Below are positions 7,977 to 17,630 of a stretch of 64,000 bases of DNA, piece by piece (position 1 is the first letter of the stretch; every line of letters begins with the position of its first letter). Both the position numbers and the translations under genes were made by a program. The stretch is from a virus. The notes beneath the pieces were generated by a model. That model made no database searches and was not told the DNA's origin. It worked only from the letters and a program-made list of their open reading frames with translations. The stretch spans positions 1 to 64,000 of the IMG/VR virus record IMGVR_UViG_3300028920_000001, one strand, 5' to 3'.

Positions 7977-8351
7977 ATGAGACGATTTCTTTTACGACGT
8001 GATAAGGATGTAACCGGAATTTCCGGTACCGGAGTGATAGCCGAAGGTGTTATATTTGATGAAAAAGGAAAACCTGGGGAAGGAAAAGTTGTGCTTCATT
8101 GGCGCACATCAACATCTTCAATAGTTATTTATGAAAGTTTGGATGGAATAAAGAAAGTTCATTGTCATAACGAAAATACTAAAATTGTTTGGATAGATTG
8201 TTGTAAAACTTGTATTCATCTACAATGGTATGACGATAAAGGTGGTCAATGTTGGGGAACTTCATGTCCTGTGTATTATGAAGACTCATGTCCTGTGTAT
8301 CAATCTTCAATTCATCCTGAAATAATTGTGAAAACAGTGATGGAATCATAA
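7977..8351 (+). CDS. Small protein with Cys-rich C-terminal half, ending in VMES
   Basis: 124 aa. The N-terminal DVTGISGTGVIAEGVIFDE...VVLHW...VHCH...IVWID resembles a domain common in phage small proteins (recollection). C-terminus KTVMES. Confidence 0.65.
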   Translation: MRRFLLRRDKDVTGISGTGVIAEGVIFDEKGKPGEGKVVLHWRTSTSSIVIYESLDGIKKVHCHNENTKIVWIDCCKTCIHLQWYDDKGGQCWGTSCPVYYEDSCPVYQSSIHPEIIVKTVMES

Positions 8352-8394
8352 TTTTAGGAAAGCTGTCTTTTTGTTTTTTGTCTGCAATTAACGT

Positions 8395-8454
8395 GGACGG
8401 ATAGGGTAAAAGCTCTCGCCCCCAAGAGCTTACCCAACACAGCCCTATCCGTCC
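8395..8454 (+). terminator. GC-rich nested stem-loop followed by a T-rich tract (candidate intrinsic terminator or structured RNA)
   Basis: ggacggataggg (8395-8406) pairs with ccctatccgtcc (8443-8454). An inner stem aagctct/agagctt lies within. The element is followed by ttgtattatttttatt and sits just after the last gene of a + strand run. Confidence 0.5.
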
Positions 8455-8478
8455 CTTGTATTATTTTTATTGATATCT

Positions 8479-8814
8479 ATGTCGCACTATTTTAATTCAT
8501 TTGAGGAAATGTGGGATGCCATAATTGATTTTATTTCCCATAATCCAGATGCTGTAATTTTATGTAATGATGATCCGTCTTCAAGAAAAATTGGATATTG
8601 TGCATACGCTTACAATAAAATTAATACATATTGGACGATGGATGTTAAACCATATAATGCTTATATCTGTAAACATTTTAAATCGGATCAAGATGTCAAT
8701 CCGACTGTATTTAATATTCGTTTGATATCAGCGGCAGCACTAAATCAAGGGATAAAACTTGAAAATTTTGATCCTGAGAATTGGCACCTGTTGTCTGATA
8801 TTCATTTAACTTGA
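8479..8814 (+). CDS. Hypothetical protein
   Basis: Track ORF 8470..8814 starts at a TTG. The first ATG is at 8479. Confidence 0.55.
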   Translation: MSHYFNSFEEMWDAIIDFISHNPDAVILCNDDPSSRKIGYCAYAYNKINTYWTMDVKPYNAYICKHFKSDQDVNPTVFNIRLISAAALNQGIKLENFDPENWHLLSDIHLT

Positions 8815-9246
8815 CATAATTTCATTAACTTGACATAATTTGCATTTAGGATGATGCCCTACAAATAAGTCGGCTACAATTTCTTTGCATTCTGGACATG
8901 GATATGAAGTGATTACAAAACCTCCACCACTGACTATGACTTCCAATTCATTCTTATTTTTAATTACCACTACTTTAGATACATCCATTTCATAGTTGAT
9001 TGATAAATCAAGAGTTCTAATTATACGATCATGGATTGTTGGAAATTCCCAGCTTTTGGGTACTATAATATCATTGTTAGGTATGGTGGAAGCTAAATTT
9101 TCTTGAAATTCAACTTGGATTTCCCCGTGTTCATACCAAATTTGCCCTTTTTGGTCTAATCTGTAACCAAATTCATCTAGCATCTTGTAAATTCTATTTA
9201 TTTCTTGATGTGATTGGGTCCAGAGATACTGCATTAGTTTATTCAT
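8806..9246 (-). CDS. Hypothetical protein with C-terminal CPEC...CKLC zinc-ribbon-like motif, ending in IMSS
   Basis: Track ORF 8806..9327. The internal Met at 9246 avoids a 68-nt head-to-head overlap with 9260..9583. Confidence 0.55.
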   Translation of the reverse strand: MNKLMQYLWTQSHQEINRIYKMLDEFGYRLDQKGQIWYEHGEIQVEFQENLASTIPNNDIIVPKSWEFPTIHDRIIRTLDLSINYEMDVSKVVVIKNKNELEVIVSGGGFVITSYPCPECKEIVADLFVGHHPKCKLCQVNEIMSS

Positions 9247-9259
9247 ATTACATTTTAAT

Positions 9260-9583
9260 GTGATTTGTATCAGATGTGGGACCCATCTTTGGATATCTGA
9301 AAATCCGGTCAAATGTCCGTATTGCAAAACCTTAAATTATCCTGCTCCAAAGCCTGAATTCAAATCTCAGACTAGACCTGAATATTACCAAGCTAAACGC
9401 GAAAAATATAGCCCACAGAATCAAATTAGACGATCTCTTCCTCAACCCCCAACGGTTGGGCTCGGAGACGCTGTGGAGATGGTTACCCGAGCTATAGGGA
9501 TTAAACCTTGCGGGGGATGCAAAAAACGCAAGGAGACGTTTAACAGGGCCGTCCCTAATATACGTCGTCCTTGGAGACGTTAG
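9260..9583 (+). CDS. Zinc-ribbon protein
   Basis: GTG start. N-terminal CIRCG...CPYC and C-terminal GLGDAVEMVTRAIGIKPCGGCKKRKETFN. Confidence 0.55.
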   Translation: MICIRCGTHLWISENPVKCPYCKTLNYPAPKPEFKSQTRPEYYQAKREKYSPQNQIRRSLPQPPTVGLGDAVEMVTRAIGIKPCGGCKKRKETFNRAVPNIRRPWRR

Positions 9584-9625
9584 TATGGTTTATTGCAGCC
9601 TCTTATAGGGTCGGTCATTTGAATA

Positions 9626-12187
9626 ATGGCATATAAAGATCTAGGTTCCGGAGTAAGTCAAAAACCTCAGCTCCTCAGCACCGGAGATCAATTTTCGGCT
9701 GAGCAAAAATCCTATGAATCAGTTGTAGTTCAAGAAGATGCTCCCATGATTGATTGGGAGATGAATCTACGGAGCGAAATCAAATCAGATTATGGATTAA
9801 GATTAGTTACCCAAAAGTCATACCCTTCCTGTTTTCTAACCAGTGATTTTCTCGAGAATACAGAACCATCAAATTCTTTTGAATTTTTGACTGCTAGTGT
9901 TGGTAACGAAAATAAATTTATTCTTAAAGCTTGTGACGCTATTGTGAACGGATGGCCTGTTCACATTGAATATTCTGACACTAACACTGATGGTGAAAAT
10001 GAAATTACTTTATCTGTTCCTCCGGGTGCTGGTGTTAGAACTGATTTAGTTATCCTTGAAGTATGGAGGGCCCTGGTTAAAGCAGCTCCTGATACGGCTA
10101 ATAAGAGCCCGACTAGCTTAATACTAAGAAATGGAAATGTTAAAGCTCCTGATACAGTCAATTTAACCGATGATTTAATTGATCCAACATATGCAGCAGA
10201 ATCTCAAGCTCGAGTGCAAATTCAATATCGACTTAGAGTTATTGATGGTGTTGATGCTTTTACTTATCCTGATATTTTGGATGATCCCGCTATCGTAGCT
10301 CATACTGTAAGTGATTTTTCGGGGCCTGGAGCTGACGGAAGCGCTACAGCATTTCAATTTGCAGTTGCCGATCATGATAAATCATTGTGGATAGCAGGTA
10401 CGGGCACTGTTGGTGATGCTAATGCATTGGGCACAGTGGATGGTTTTATGTATGCCATTCCGGTATGCGTAATTGCTCGTCGTAATGACGGCGCTTTTGA
10501 TCAAACACTGAATCTTAATGGTGGAAGCTTAATAGTATCGGCAAGTTCAACTCGTCCTGATGGACTATTTTCTGATCAAATTGTTGCCAGTGATGTCAAG
10601 GACTTGAGAAAAGGTTGTTCTAACAATCCTCGAGAAATTTTAGAACAAGCAACTGCTCAGCTATTCAATAATAGTTTGTCTACCGAGTTAGAAGTCGGAT
10701 TAAAAGGGACAGCTGGAACTTCTTTCTTAGAAGTTAGCAGTATTGGATTTGGTGAGAGAATCGGCAATACTGACACGGCTCGTCGTCGTTTCAGTGATCG
10801 TCCTTATTCTGAAGTTGTGGTTGGAAAGATTGTTGTAGGTGGTACACCTCAGAGTGCCTTTTACATTGATTTGAATAATTTTACTATTTCATGGGGGGCT
10901 GGAGCGACGGGAATTGATACTTTAACCCCGAATGCCACCTTAGGTCGAATTAATCAAGTTAGAGTAGTTGATACTGGAGTGCCAAGTGATGTTGATTTAA
11001 TAATTACTGGTGGAATTAGAGATATCACATATACCTCTCCTACATTAGCTGTAATTAACACTATTTCTTCCTATTCTAATGTTACTATTTACGTGGAATG
11101 TGTGATTGACTATCCGGCTGGTATCGGTGTCGATCGCAACATGTTGTCTGTCCATGATATCTGGGTTCCATCAGCTGCGACTTTAGGTGCTTGGGTTGAC
11201 AGTTCGCTTTTTGTAGTTACTCCGGATGTAACTCGATATAGCTTAATTCCAAATTCAGCTGTTCCTCCAGTCCCAATGTGGGAAGAAGATCCAGCTCATC
11301 GAGAAGTTAAGATCCAGCTTCAGTCAGTTGATCAGGTAGCTACATTTTATTCTTATAGTACTAATCAAGTATGGGTGCCTGATCGAATAAACTATGAGGA
11401 TGTAACTATTGATGATGGAATTAATCCTCCATATTCTACCGGGAATTACACTAAAGATACTGCTTATACTCAAATCTTTTTATCGATTGCAGTGCCATCT
11501 GGAACCCCGGTTCAAGTCACTTACAAAGCTTTACGGGCTTTACCTTATGTAAACAGCGCAAATCGAGTTCAGGTATTTTATCAAACTCGTGCTATTCAAT
11601 CTTTACTTCCACCGGCCGGATCTCAGACTCTTGAATTAGTTCCTCGAGCTATAGGGAATCTACATACAATTTCACATGGTTCGGGAAGTCCTGATTATCC
11701 AACCCCATTTATTCAGCCTGGAGCTCAGGTGCCTGTTGGATTATTACCTACTATTATTGAAGCTAAAATAGATGCACCGGCCGGGGATCTTAATTCTGGT
11801 TTGACTTTAAGTTTCTCTGGTATTCAAACTCATATTCCGTATTACCCAGAACCGCAATCGGTTACATTGCATCGGGAACCTGGAGATACGGTTATAGATG
11901 GTGATCAAAGAAATTTCTGGCCTCAATCCGATACTGCTGATGTGGTAGTTAAAGGTACTCCCTATATAGGGGAGAATAAACATAAGACTGTTTTACCTAC
12001 TTTAATGGAAGTGAAGTCTGATTTTCAAAGTGTGGGTAAATCTGGCACTTTCGTATTAGTGGTGTTTACTGGATACAATGAATTTGAGAAGGGAACTGAA
12101 ATTAATTTAACTAATTTAATAGGGGATTCGGCAGCAGCGGTTTATAGGGTTCGTGGGAATTTCATGAATGTGCGCAGGTCTGACTAA
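9626..12187 (+). CDS. Large virion structural protein (fibre/baseplate-associated), paralog of 12974..17623 over its N-terminal third
   Basis: 853 aa. Shared blocks are AIVNGWP, DDLIDP, RVQIQYRLRVI, GTVDGFMYAIPV and RPDGLFSDQ. Confidence 0.7.
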   Translation: MAYKDLGSGVSQKPQLLSTGDQFSAEQKSYESVVVQEDAPMIDWEMNLRSEIKSDYGLRLVTQKSYPSCFLTSDFLENTEPSNSFEFLTASVGNENKFILKACDAIVNGWPVHIEYSDTNTDGENEITLSVPPGAGVRTDLVILEVWRALVKAAPDTANKSPTSLILRNGNVKAPDTVNLTDDLIDPTYAAESQARVQIQYRLRVIDGVDAFTYPDILDDPAIVAHTVSDFSGPGADGSATAFQFAVADHDKSLWIAGTGTVGDANALGTVDGFMYAIPVCVIARRNDGAFDQTLNLNGGSLIVSASSTRPDGLFSDQIVASDVKDLRKGCSNNPREILEQATAQLFNNSLSTELEVGLKGTAGTSFLEVSSIGFGERIGNTDTARRRFSDRPYSEVVVGKIVVGGTPQSAFYIDLNNFTISWGAGATGIDTLTPNATLGRINQVRVVDTGVPSDVDLIITGGIRDITYTSPTLAVINTISSYSNVTIYVECVIDYPAGIGVDRNMLSVHDIWVPSAATLGAWVDSSLFVVTPDVTRYSLIPNSAVPPVPMWEEDPAHREVKIQLQSVDQVATFYSYSTNQVWVPDRINYEDVTIDDGINPPYSTGNYTKDTAYTQIFLSIAVPSGTPVQVTYKALRALPYVNSANRVQVFYQTRAIQSLLPPAGSQTLELVPRAIGNLHTISHGSGSPDYPTPFIQPGAQVPVGLLPTIIEAKIDAPAGDLNSGLTLSFSGIQTHIPYYPEPQSVTLHREPGDTVIDGDQRNFWPQSDTADVVVKGTPYIGENKHKTVLPTLMEVKSDFQSVGKSGTFVLVVFTGYNEFEKGTEINLTNLIGDSAAAVYRVRGNFMNVRRSD

Positions 12188-12828
12188 TGAATAGTTATAT
12201 CGTAAGGCAGCTTGATCATAAGGTAATTGGATTTAGTTCCAAGCCGCTGAACTATTCGGTGTCTGGATTGTATATCGTAGATATAGATTCAGCAATCCAT
12301 CCTCTTCCTGATTTAACCGGAAATTCAGTATCCGACTTATTGACTGCTAAGGAGGATGCTTATAAAGCATTAACTGGTCTTACTTCTACTTATTTGTCGG
12401 AAGAGCATACTTCTACAAAAGTTGAACAAAGTCTATCATCTAAATATATATCTGGATTTCCAAAAAAGACGGAATTGCTTGGATTAGGTTCGATTGTTAC
12501 CAGTAGTTTTGCTTTAGGCGGGATAGCTACTAAATTATACTGTCATTGGAAACCGGCCACATATGATATTGCTCAGGGTTCAGCTTTTGATCCGTCCTGG
12601 ACTCGATATAATTGGGATGCAGGGTCATCATCGTATATAAATTATGATCCTAGTTTATTTACGGTCGAGCTTAGGGATTTAGCCAACAGTGTTACTATTT
12701 TCACTTTTACTGCAGATACTCTTCATTCAGGATTGAGTGTTCCGAATGCATCATATAGATTAAGATTTACCAATACTGCTGCTGCTAGGTATACTTTATC
12801 GGATTGGTATTTACTCTGGGACGTCTAA
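12187..12828 (+). CDS. Hypothetical structural protein
   Basis: 213-aa ORF whose start overlaps the upstream stop (TAATG). Confidence 0.6.
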   Translation: MNSYIVRQLDHKVIGFSSKPLNYSVSGLYIVDIDSAIHPLPDLTGNSVSDLLTAKEDAYKALTGLTSTYLSEEHTSTKVEQSLSSKYISGFPKKTELLGLGSIVTSSFALGGIATKLYCHWKPATYDIAQGSAFDPSWTRYNWDAGSSSYINYDPSLFTVELRDLANSVTIFTFTADTLHSGLSVPNASYRLRFTNTAAARYTLSDWYLLWDV

Positions 12829-12973
12829 TTTATTGGTATTATTTATTATATTGCAATGCTATTCAGACGGCACAAAGATCTGAACACCATAGGCTACTTA
12901 TATAGTGGGAAACTGGGTTTTCAAGCATTCATTGAACAGGATCCAGTAAACATCGTGACGGAGTCTGCCTAAC

Positions 12974-15900
12974 ATGGCTAATCCCCTCGGATCTGGCGTA
13001 ACTAGATATATTAATGGTAGGGACAAACAGTTAGGGTCTGTTATTATTCAAAGTAACAAACCTATTCTGGATTCCGAATTAAATCTTGCTCAGTTTGTTG
13101 ATTTAGAAGCTCGAGCTGAAGAAGTAAGGTCAAGAGTACCTTCGGGTTGGCTAATCAATGAAGCTAATCCGATGAATGACTTTGTTACTCATCCAAATTA
13201 TTCGAACTTATTTTTCTTTGGAAATCAGCATGTTAATGAGCTTCGAGATCTTCAGTGGGCAATTGTAAATGGGTGGCCCATACCTGTTACTGCTACTCGG
13301 ACTGGAGCTCCACCTCTTAGTCCGAATAATTTTGATACTTGGAATCGAATTGAATTAAATCCTCCCGGTGGAGCAACCGGTGGAAATAAAGTTGAATTCA
13401 TATTTCTTGAAGCCTGGTTACAACGTATAGATGTTGATCCAGCGCCACCAACTATTGCTCCTGGAAAACCTCAACGAGGATTTCTCTATCGATTTGGAAA
13501 TGTTGAGAGTGGATATTCATATTTACCAGACGACTTAATTGATCCGGACATGAATTTTGAGACTTCTAAGAGAATTCAGATTCAATACCGAATTCGAGTT
13601 ATTCAGAATATCAATCTTTCTCAATATCCTGAAGGGTTTGATCCTACTTTAGTTTTTGCTCAGGGTCCTCTCAGTACTCCGAGTGCTCTTTATTTCACAA
13701 ATATGCGTAAAGAACTCGGTGATCCTGGTCTATGGCGTGCCGGCACTGGTGATTCTGATTTAGTCGGAACAGTAGATGGTTATATTTATGCTATCCCGAT
13801 TTCAGCAGTATTCCGGCGCAATAGTGCAGGGTTCTCTGATACTGGAAATTTAGCAGGTGCATTTAATCGAAATAGTACTGCTACAACCAGAGAAGATGCT
13901 ATTGTTTATTCGAGTGGCCTCACTCTTCCCACCGACATTGCTGATACTGACACTCAATTCACTCTAACTACCATCTCCGGCACTGTGCTAGAGAATATGA
14001 GTTCGTTTGGGGAAGCATACTTTAGAGTCGATGATGAAATAATTCGAATTAGTAATATTAATCAAACGAGCCCGACTTCATTTGTAATTACTTTTGATCG
14101 AGGTCAATTACTAACTACTATCAGGGCCCATAGTGCTGGCAAGGCGCTCAATCTCTATACTGTTCGACCCGATGGGCTGTTTGCTGATCAGGTTGCGAGA
14201 ACTGACATTCTTGATCTTCGTCATTCAGTTGCTGATAAATTCGATTATGATTCCATCCTTAAAACTAATTTAGTTGAGCTTCTTAAGGGTAATTTACGTA
14301 CTGCTTGGAAGAGATTTGGTTCTACTAATACTGCGGGTCCGGTAGTTCTTTATGGTGATCGGATCACTGATGATTCGATCTTTGTTGGTGGTTTATCCAG
14401 GCTTGATGGCCCTAATGGTAACCGGCGAACTTGGTCTGATGCTATCACGACTGAACGGTTAGTAGTTTCTTGTCGTAATCCATCTGATAGTAACGCAATT
14501 GGTGATGATTTAGAAGTTTCAGTCGCTCCTTATAATATTATTGTGGAGTGGTCTAATGCTGATGCCACTAGATTGCCTGGTTCGCGTATTGATAGTGGTG
14601 TGTCTAAATGGTTTAATGGTGATAAGATTAAGATTAATTTAGCTGAATTTCAAGATGGTTTACCAGTAACGGATGCTGATCAAGTCAGGTTCATTACTCC
14701 GGATGAAGATGAAGATGCTGTTTTAATTCATTTTGAGGGAATGATTTCAGATCCTAATGGAGCAAATCCTTCAGTCGCCCCTTATTCAACTTGTCCATCT
14801 GTCACACTTCCGGTATTTTCTTCTGCTCCGACAGGGAATCGAATTCTGAAACATGGGCAAGGTATTACTGTTACTGTTGATGGATCTGGTAATCTCGAAA
14901 TTGAACTTGATAGTGGTACTTCTGGCACAGTTTTCCAAGAATTCCAGGACTGTCTTGATAATTTAGATACGATCACTTCTGATACTGCTGCAGCGTCATT
15001 AATGCACATTCAAGTTGGTGTTGTTTATGGTTCTGGACGTGGCTTATCGCATAAGCCAGATTATGTCCATAATGTGCATTATCGAGGAGATGCTTCTAAT
15101 TCGTCCAAGGTCATGTTACGGCCTGGGCTTAATAATGGGAATCGAATGATTCCTAGTTATGTTAGTTTTTCTCCTTATGTTCAAACTGGCAAGCATCGTG
15201 ACTTAGCTGTTACTTCTGAGGTAATGGTTGATACTGGATCAAAAACTATTAAAGTTCAGCCTTATCGGAATGTTTTATTACCGCCTTTGATTGTTCGAAA
15301 TGGAAATGTTTTGAATTGGGGTAATCTGGCTCAGCCTCAAGGGGCAATGCCGATGTATGATGAGCCTCGAACTACTCTTGTTCATACTTATGTTGATCCA
15401 CTTGATTTATTCTATATCGGGAACACTAATACTCGATACGTAGAAATTCCGTGGGAATATCTTCCTCGGCCTGGACTGCATCACGTTCCAATTATTCCAG
15501 TAACGGGGACAGTGTTCCCATCCGGAATCAATTTCTTGCTGATGTCTAAGACTGGATCAGTTGGAAGTACATCGGACTGGAATAGGAATTTAGTTGCATA
15601 TCCGTCGGCTTCTCCCGGTTACTATGTTGTAACCCCTGTAATTGGGGAAACTTACGGCGATTCATCTTCTTCTACTTCATGTTTCGGACAGAAATATGAA
15701 AATGAGGTATTGCCTACTTTAAGTGGACCATTTAGGGGCATCCAATTCCCGCCGTTTTATGGTCCTGCTCGAATCACTGGTGTTTATCTTCGTGATACGA
15801 CTGGAGCTCTTCCATACCCAACTACTCCAACATCTTCTCCATTCAACAATAATCGACAATTTGTTGGTGGTGTAGGAACTGATATTAACTTACTTAAGGA

Positions 15901-17623
15901 CGATTTTGATGGACCTACATTCTTGCTGGACGTAGACGCCAACGGTGATATCACATTTGTTTTGAATGCTGATGTTATTGATCTGACTAAAGCTCCGTCT
16001 GGAACTACCTGGGATAATTCAGAATTTATTGTTGAGTGCACTTTGTTTGCATTCGATCGTGGATTTCTTCAGACTAATGGTCGCTTGCTAATTACGCAAG
16101 CTAAAGGTCAAAGTCTGTCAGTTGATCTGAATACTTTCATTGATAATTCGGATGAACGGACTGGAATTATTGCACCAGCACCATTAACTTTAGGTGCTAC
16201 TAACAACGAACTTACCATTTTTTATAGTCGTCAACCTTATCAAGGTGACGTATTTGGTACTCGAGATGCTTATTCTGACGATGTTCAACGTCTTGGTCCA
16301 TTAACAGTATCTGAAGCTACTAGCATTTTTTCAAATCACCAGGGGCCAATTAATACGCTCACATTGTCAAATAAGACAGGGTTCGAAGTCCTGGCTGCAA
16401 CCAATTTTGTGACTTCATTAGGTACAGGGCGGCTTTCTGGATCTAATCCGATTCCGTTACTAACTGAAGAACAAAAGCCGGACGAAGTTATTGATTACGC
16501 GGGAACTTTAGTTGATTTTGATCGACGGTTTTCTCTTAATCGAGTTGGATATGAAGACTGGGAAACACCTCTGTTTCCAGTGGTAGAGGCTTCTGTTGCA
16601 GCCCGTCCAGATATTGAATTAGGTGCAATTTCGGAAGTATATGATCGAGATGTAAATACCGAATTTGCTGGATGTATTAGTCAGCTTCCTCTCGGAATTT
16701 ATTTCCGTGACAAAGATTTCATTGGAAAGACTTTATATCAGATTCGGAGTGCTAATAATATTGGTGCGATTCCACTAGGTACTCTTTACTTCCCGCCCTT
16801 CGAATCTCCCGTATCAGCACTTTCTCCGGGTCAATCCACTTGGGAAGGTGTGGAATTTGTTTGTGGGCAATCTAGTAGTGCATCTGGAGTCGGTGGAGAA
16901 GCACTGATTAAGGTAGATGGCACTGCTAATTACGGTAGTGTTACTCAATTTAAGGCTGCTCGAGGTGGTGCTGGTTGGTCCGTGACTAATCCATGGCCAG
17001 GTGCTGCCATTTCGGCGAAATTACCTAAAGCTCGGCCTAATTCCAATGCCGGCGCAGTTCTTTCTGGAATTGCATACTTGGTGAGGTCACAACCTGAAAC
17101 TGTGAATTCAATTGAAGTTCATCCTGGAAATGAACTTCAGTTATTGATAGTTACCCAAGCAGCTCCTACTTATTTCCGGGATTCTGATATCCTTCATTCT
17201 GCTTCTGGTACGAATGAAGGTTATACTGCGGTAGACAGGTATCGAATTTGGGGGCGTCCATTAGTTAAGCGTCGAGGTGAGATTGATGTTTCGTCATCAG
17301 TAATGCCATCGCCTCCGCCTATCTTTGTCAATAATATTTATGATGATCCAGTTTTCTATGGATCTAGTGATGTGAGCTTGAATTCAGTTGCGCACGGTCA
17401 ATTGGTGGTTACATCTGATGGTCAAACTGGATTCAGTCTACCTTCTCAGCCAATTAATCAAGACGCTCCAATGATTTGGGTGCGTGGTGTGAAGTTAGAT
17501 AAGGATACAGACTATACAATTAGTGGAGCAACGAACCAAACGCTTACTTACATCCCTAGTTTCCCGGATAACACGGAACTAGAGGTAGACGATGTGCTTG
17601 AATACTACTATCTAAGGATCTGA
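12974..17623 (+). CDS. Very large virion structural protein (1549 aa)
   Basis: Long uninterrupted ORF. The N-terminal ~420 aa are paralogous to 9626..12187 (AIVNGWP, DDLIDP, RIQIQYRIRVI, GTVDGYIYAIPI, RPDGLFADQ). Confidence 0.75.
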   Translation: MANPLGSGVTRYINGRDKQLGSVIIQSNKPILDSELNLAQFVDLEARAEEVRSRVPSGWLINEANPMNDFVTHPNYSNLFFFGNQHVNELRDLQWAIVNGWPIPVTATRTGAPPLSPNNFDTWNRIELNPPGGATGGNKVEFIFLEAWLQRIDVDPAPPTIAPGKPQRGFLYRFGNVESGYSYLPDDLIDPDMNFETSKRIQIQYRIRVIQNINLSQYPEGFDPTLVFAQGPLSTPSALYFTNMRKELGDPGLWRAGTGDSDLVGTVDGYIYAIPISAVFRRNSAGFSDTGNLAGAFNRNSTATTREDAIVYSSGLTLPTDIADTDTQFTLTTISGTVLENMSSFGEAYFRVDDEIIRISNINQTSPTSFVITFDRGQLLTTIRAHSAGKALNLYTVRPDGLFADQVARTDILDLRHSVADKFDYDSILKTNLVELLKGNLRTAWKRFGSTNTAGPVVLYGDRITDDSIFVGGLSRLDGPNGNRRTWSDAITTERLVVSCRNPSDSNAIGDDLEVSVAPYNIIVEWSNADATRLPGSRIDSGVSKWFNGDKIKINLAEFQDGLPVTDADQVRFITPDEDEDAVLIHFEGMISDPNGANPSVAPYSTCPSVTLPVFSSAPTGNRILKHGQGITVTVDGSGNLEIELDSGTSGTVFQEFQDCLDNLDTITSDTAAASLMHIQVGVVYGSGRGLSHKPDYVHNVHYRGDASNSSKVMLRPGLNNGNRMIPSYVSFSPYVQTGKHRDLAVTSEVMVDTGSKTIKVQPYRNVLLPPLIVRNGNVLNWGNLAQPQGAMPMYDEPRTTLVHTYVDPLDLFYIGNTNTRYVEIPWEYLPRPGLHHVPIIPVTGTVFPSGINFLLMSKTGSVGSTSDWNRNLVAYPSASPGYYVVTPVIGETYGDSSSSTSCFGQKYENEVLPTLSGPFRGIQFPPFYGPARITGVYLRDTTGALPYPTTPTSSPFNNNRQFVGGVGTDINLLKDDFDGPTFLLDVDANGDITFVLNADVIDLTKAPSGTTWDNSEFIVECTLFAFDRGFLQTNGRLLITQAKGQSLSVDLNTFIDNSDERTGIIAPAPLTLGATNNELTIFYSRQPYQGDVFGTRDAYSDDVQRLGPLTVSEATSIFSNHQGPINTLTLSNKTGFEVLAATNFVTSLGTGRLSGSNPIPLLTEEQKPDEVIDYAGTLVDFDRRFSLNRVGYEDWETPLFPVVEASVAARPDIELGAISEVYDRDVNTEFAGCISQLPLGIYFRDKDFIGKTLYQIRSANNIGAIPLGTLYFPPFESPVSALSPGQSTWEGVEFVCGQSSSASGVGGEALIKVDGTANYGSVTQFKAARGGAGWSVTNPWPGAAISAKLPKARPNSNAGAVLSGIAYLVRSQPETVNSIEVHPGNELQLLIVTQAAPTYFRDSDILHSASGTNEGYTAVDRYRIWGRPLVKRRGEIDVSSSVMPSPPPIFVNNIYDDPVFYGSSDVSLNSVAHGQLVVTSDGQTGFSLPSQPINQDAPMIWVRGVKLDKDTDYTISGATNQTLTYIPSFPDNTELEVDDVLEYYYLRI

Positions 17624-17630
17624 TAAAACC

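Noticed and set aside
8395-8454. Possible tRNA or other classical RNA gene in the GC-rich hairpin.
   Set aside because: A 12-bp outer stem with one nested stem does not fit a cloverleaf. There is no 7-bp acceptor stem and there are no D/T arms or a GTTC-type T-loop. It is reported only as a terminator-like structure.
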